Shown piece after piece: positions 61,398 to 64,000 of a stretch of DNA of 64,000 nt. The notes below the pieces were generated by a model that saw only the letters and a program-made list of their open reading frames with translations, searched no databases and was not told the DNA's origin. The DNA comes from Azolla caroliniana (lineage: Eukaryota > Plantae > Polypodiophyta), in NCBI GenBank assembly GCA_043228905.1, contig JBHGNT010000015.1, forward strand, positions 17,732,001 to 17,796,000, in the 5' to 3' direction. The translations under genes and the position numbers were made by a program. Position 1 is the stretch's first letter. Each line of letters begins with the position of its first letter.

Positions 61398-64000
61398 GCT
61401 CGCCTTCCCGCTCCGGCACCTCTGCGTACCACACCCCTCTTCTGTTGTTTGGCACTGCCCGTGTTGCACTCCTCGTCGGCCCCTTTCCGGCCAGATCGTG
61501 CATCGTTGTTCACCCGCATACTGGTGTCCATTGCATCCGAGGAACATCCCGTAGTAGCCCGCTTGGCCCTTCCCACCTTCGTGCTGCTGTAACAGGTCCT
61601 GAGCCTTCCGCTTGCCGTCGTCCCCTCGCCCCCACCAGCATGTCACCCCGGCTTGCCGTGTCAGTCTTCGTTACTTCGACGGAGCTACCAAGATTTACGA
61701 AGCGAGTGTGGAGGATCCTCCTCCGGCCTCTCTTGCCATCCTGATCCCGACCCTGTGCAGTCCACTAGGCACTTGTCACTTCGTTCTCGGCACGTCCCTT
61801 GTGCCGTCTTCCGCTTCCTTCGTTCGGCTCGCCCGCGCCGAACACCGTCCCGTAGTCACGCTTTGATCCGACCCGCGATGGCCACTCACGAGACTCTTGT
61901 TCTGTCCAAGGTGTGCCTTTCCGGCCTGACACACCTCCCCGTGTTCACCCCTATCGGCTCCTTCCGATACCTCGTGTCGTCGGGTCCTGTTCCCTGCCGC
62001 TACCGTCCTTCTCCCTCGGTCTCACGTTGCCACGTTGGCTGAACTGTCGGAGTCTCCGGATCAGTGTGAGGGTCCCATAGGGCCGGACTCCGTTTCTATG
62101 CTTGCCGTAATTCGGGTGTCTTTTGTTTGACTCCCTCCCGGACTCTCCTCGTGCCTTCCGCGTAGCCGGGTCCCGTTTCCCGCCGCCACCTTCCTTCTCC
62201 CTCGGTCTTACGTTGCCACGTTGGCCGAACAGCCGGGGTCTTCGGAACCGGTGTGGGGATCCCGTAGGACCGGACTTCCTTACGCCCATCGTCTTCGTCA
62301 CCTCGCCGCCACCGTCAGTATCTTGGTCTTACGTCGACCGCGTTGCCGACCGCCGAAGTCTCTAGAACCGGTGTGAAGGATCCTCCGTAGACGTGCCATC
62401 CTTATTGACCCTGTCCCGGGTCGTCCTTTTTCCGCATGCCGAGAGGGTGGTTTACTCCGCACCCCCTCCCGTGGTACCGACGTATCGTGTCCTCGGCCTC
62501 TTCGTAGGCCTGCTCTCTTCCTCCCTCCCGGAATGGTCATTCGGGAGTCCGCTCCGCCCGGTTCTCGTCCGGGTCCGTTCGTCTTTCTCCGGATTGCCGA
62601 GTCCCGTTCTCCTGTCGCCACCGTCTCTCGTACAGGACTTACGCCGGCACTCGGGCCTGTAGCCGGACCAGTGTAAGGAATCCCATAGGACTGGCTTTCA
62701 TTCTCTTTCCTAATCTCGACCTTTGCCTGGTCGGTCTTTCTCCCCATGTAAAAGAGGGCGGCTCGTCCCGCACCCCCTTTCGTATCGGCACTTTCATGCC
62801 GACTCCGGCCCCGAACGAACGATCCACGACCAGATCACGCTCCACCCGCATCGGAATGCTGATCCCCTCGTGCCGTGTCCGTCCTCGGCCTCCTTGCAGG
62901 CCGTTTCCCATCCGTCTTCGCTGGCATCGTGCCAGGACTCCTCGGTACCGCCATCCATCTCCTCGGTCTTACATGGGCATACGGGCCCAATTGCCGAGTT
63001 TTCCGTGGGCTTTCATCCGCTCCTTCTCCGTATCGTCTCGCCGGTGATTCTCGCCCTTTCGCCGCCGCCTTCCTCCGCTTGGGACTCACGTGGGCACTCG
63101 GGCCCGCCTGCCATCGTCTCGGGAGCAAGTGTGGGAAGACACAAAGAATCACCCATCCGTTTTATGCCCTTGTCCGTAGCCACCGACTCTTCGTGGTCCA
63201 CGCTCGTCTTCTTACCGATCGCGCAAGCCCCGTTTGGGCTTGCTTCTCCAATGCCTGGAATCTCGGGCTGACACGCCCGAAACCGCTGGTCCAGTCTCTC
63301 GGCCTCGTCCTTGGCCGTTCTATCCCCGCAAGTCGGGAGGGTGGCTCGTCCCGCACCCTCTCCCGTGGTACCGATGTACCATTCTCTTTCGGCCTCCTCA
63401 TCCTCCGATCGCCTCCGGCCCGACTCCATAATAAGCCCTTCTTCGGCTTCGATTTTCCCCTCTTCCTCGAGCTTCGCTTTGAGAGCTGCGTATGCCTCCG
63501 CAATCCTGGCCCCAACGCCGATCCTTGCCAACTCTCTTTGTCGTTCGGCCTCTTCCTGCTGTGATGGCACGCCGTCGCGTACCTTCATCTTAGCCTTCTT
63601 GGATCGCTCTTTGTCTATCCGTTGGCACACCCTTCCGACATTCGACCAGTCCTCCGTAAGCCCATTCGCTCCATCATCGTCTTCGAGCTCAATCCCGATG
63701 GCTTCCGCTCGGTCGATCGACCTGACGAACAAAAGGACTTTGTCCGCCCCCACCAAACCTTGTTCCCGCTCTGGGAGCCAAGCAAGTCATCGCTCGAACT
63801 CCCGGAACGCCCTCGTCGCACCCCGGTGGGTCTTTGCCAATGCTACCCACTGGTCGAAGTGGTGCCGTCCCCGGCTCTTCCGCTGTCCTCCGTATGCTTT
63901 CAGGAGCGCCTCTTCGAAGGCCTCCCACGAACTATGAGCCTCACGGAGCTCCTTTATTTCCGCATGCATCCGGACAACCACGACCTGACAGAAGAACTCC
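61398..64000 (-). mobile_element. GC-rich degenerate retroelement interior with a gag-like remnant (host of element C)
   Basis: SWEAFEEALLK and DKVLLFVRSIDR..IGIELEDDDGANGLTEDWSNV (63013-63981) resemble the gag of element C (TWEAFEEALK; DKVIMFLRAVD..LGVLLEDTTTESGLTETW). No pol motifs were seen. Confidence 0.6.

Noticed and set aside
62298-63564. Several long overlapping ORFs in the GC-rich right end
   Set aside because: Expected from low stop-codon density; only the gag-like minus-strand segments show recognisable similarity.

Overview
Eukaryotic DNA, most likely from a non-seed land plant. This is inferred from Tcn1-like and fungal-type Ty3 elements, plant-type tRNA primer sites and GC-rich intronless MOT1 genes. 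About 80% of the window is a nested stack of LTR retrotransposons (several Ty3/Gypsy lineages plus Copia relics) around a convergent pair of molybdate transporter (MOT1-family) genes at 46.6-51.5 kb. The most unusual object is a 9.3-kb TIR DNA transposon (15941-25268, 36-bp TIRs, 4-bp TSD AAAT, Sola-like). It encodes an intact 926-aa DDD transposase and, divergently, a six-exon gene fusing a ParB/Srx-like domain to a prokaryote-type beta-class N6-adenine/N4-cytosine DNA methyltransferase; my gene model for this copy has one in-frame stop. Intron 1 of that gene holds about 13 copies of a 33-bp palindrome in a mirror-symmetric 51-bp-period array. A 3.9-kb non-autonomous relative (27503-31374, TSD CATT) lacks intact genes but keeps the palindromes. 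Also noted: antisense tRNA-like A/B-box cassettes in the LTRs of two distinct Ty3 lineages, NCGN 4-bp target sites for one Ty3 lineage, -1 frameshift signals, a self-priming PBS and a tRNA-Trp PBS. All calls were made by eye; no database searches were run.
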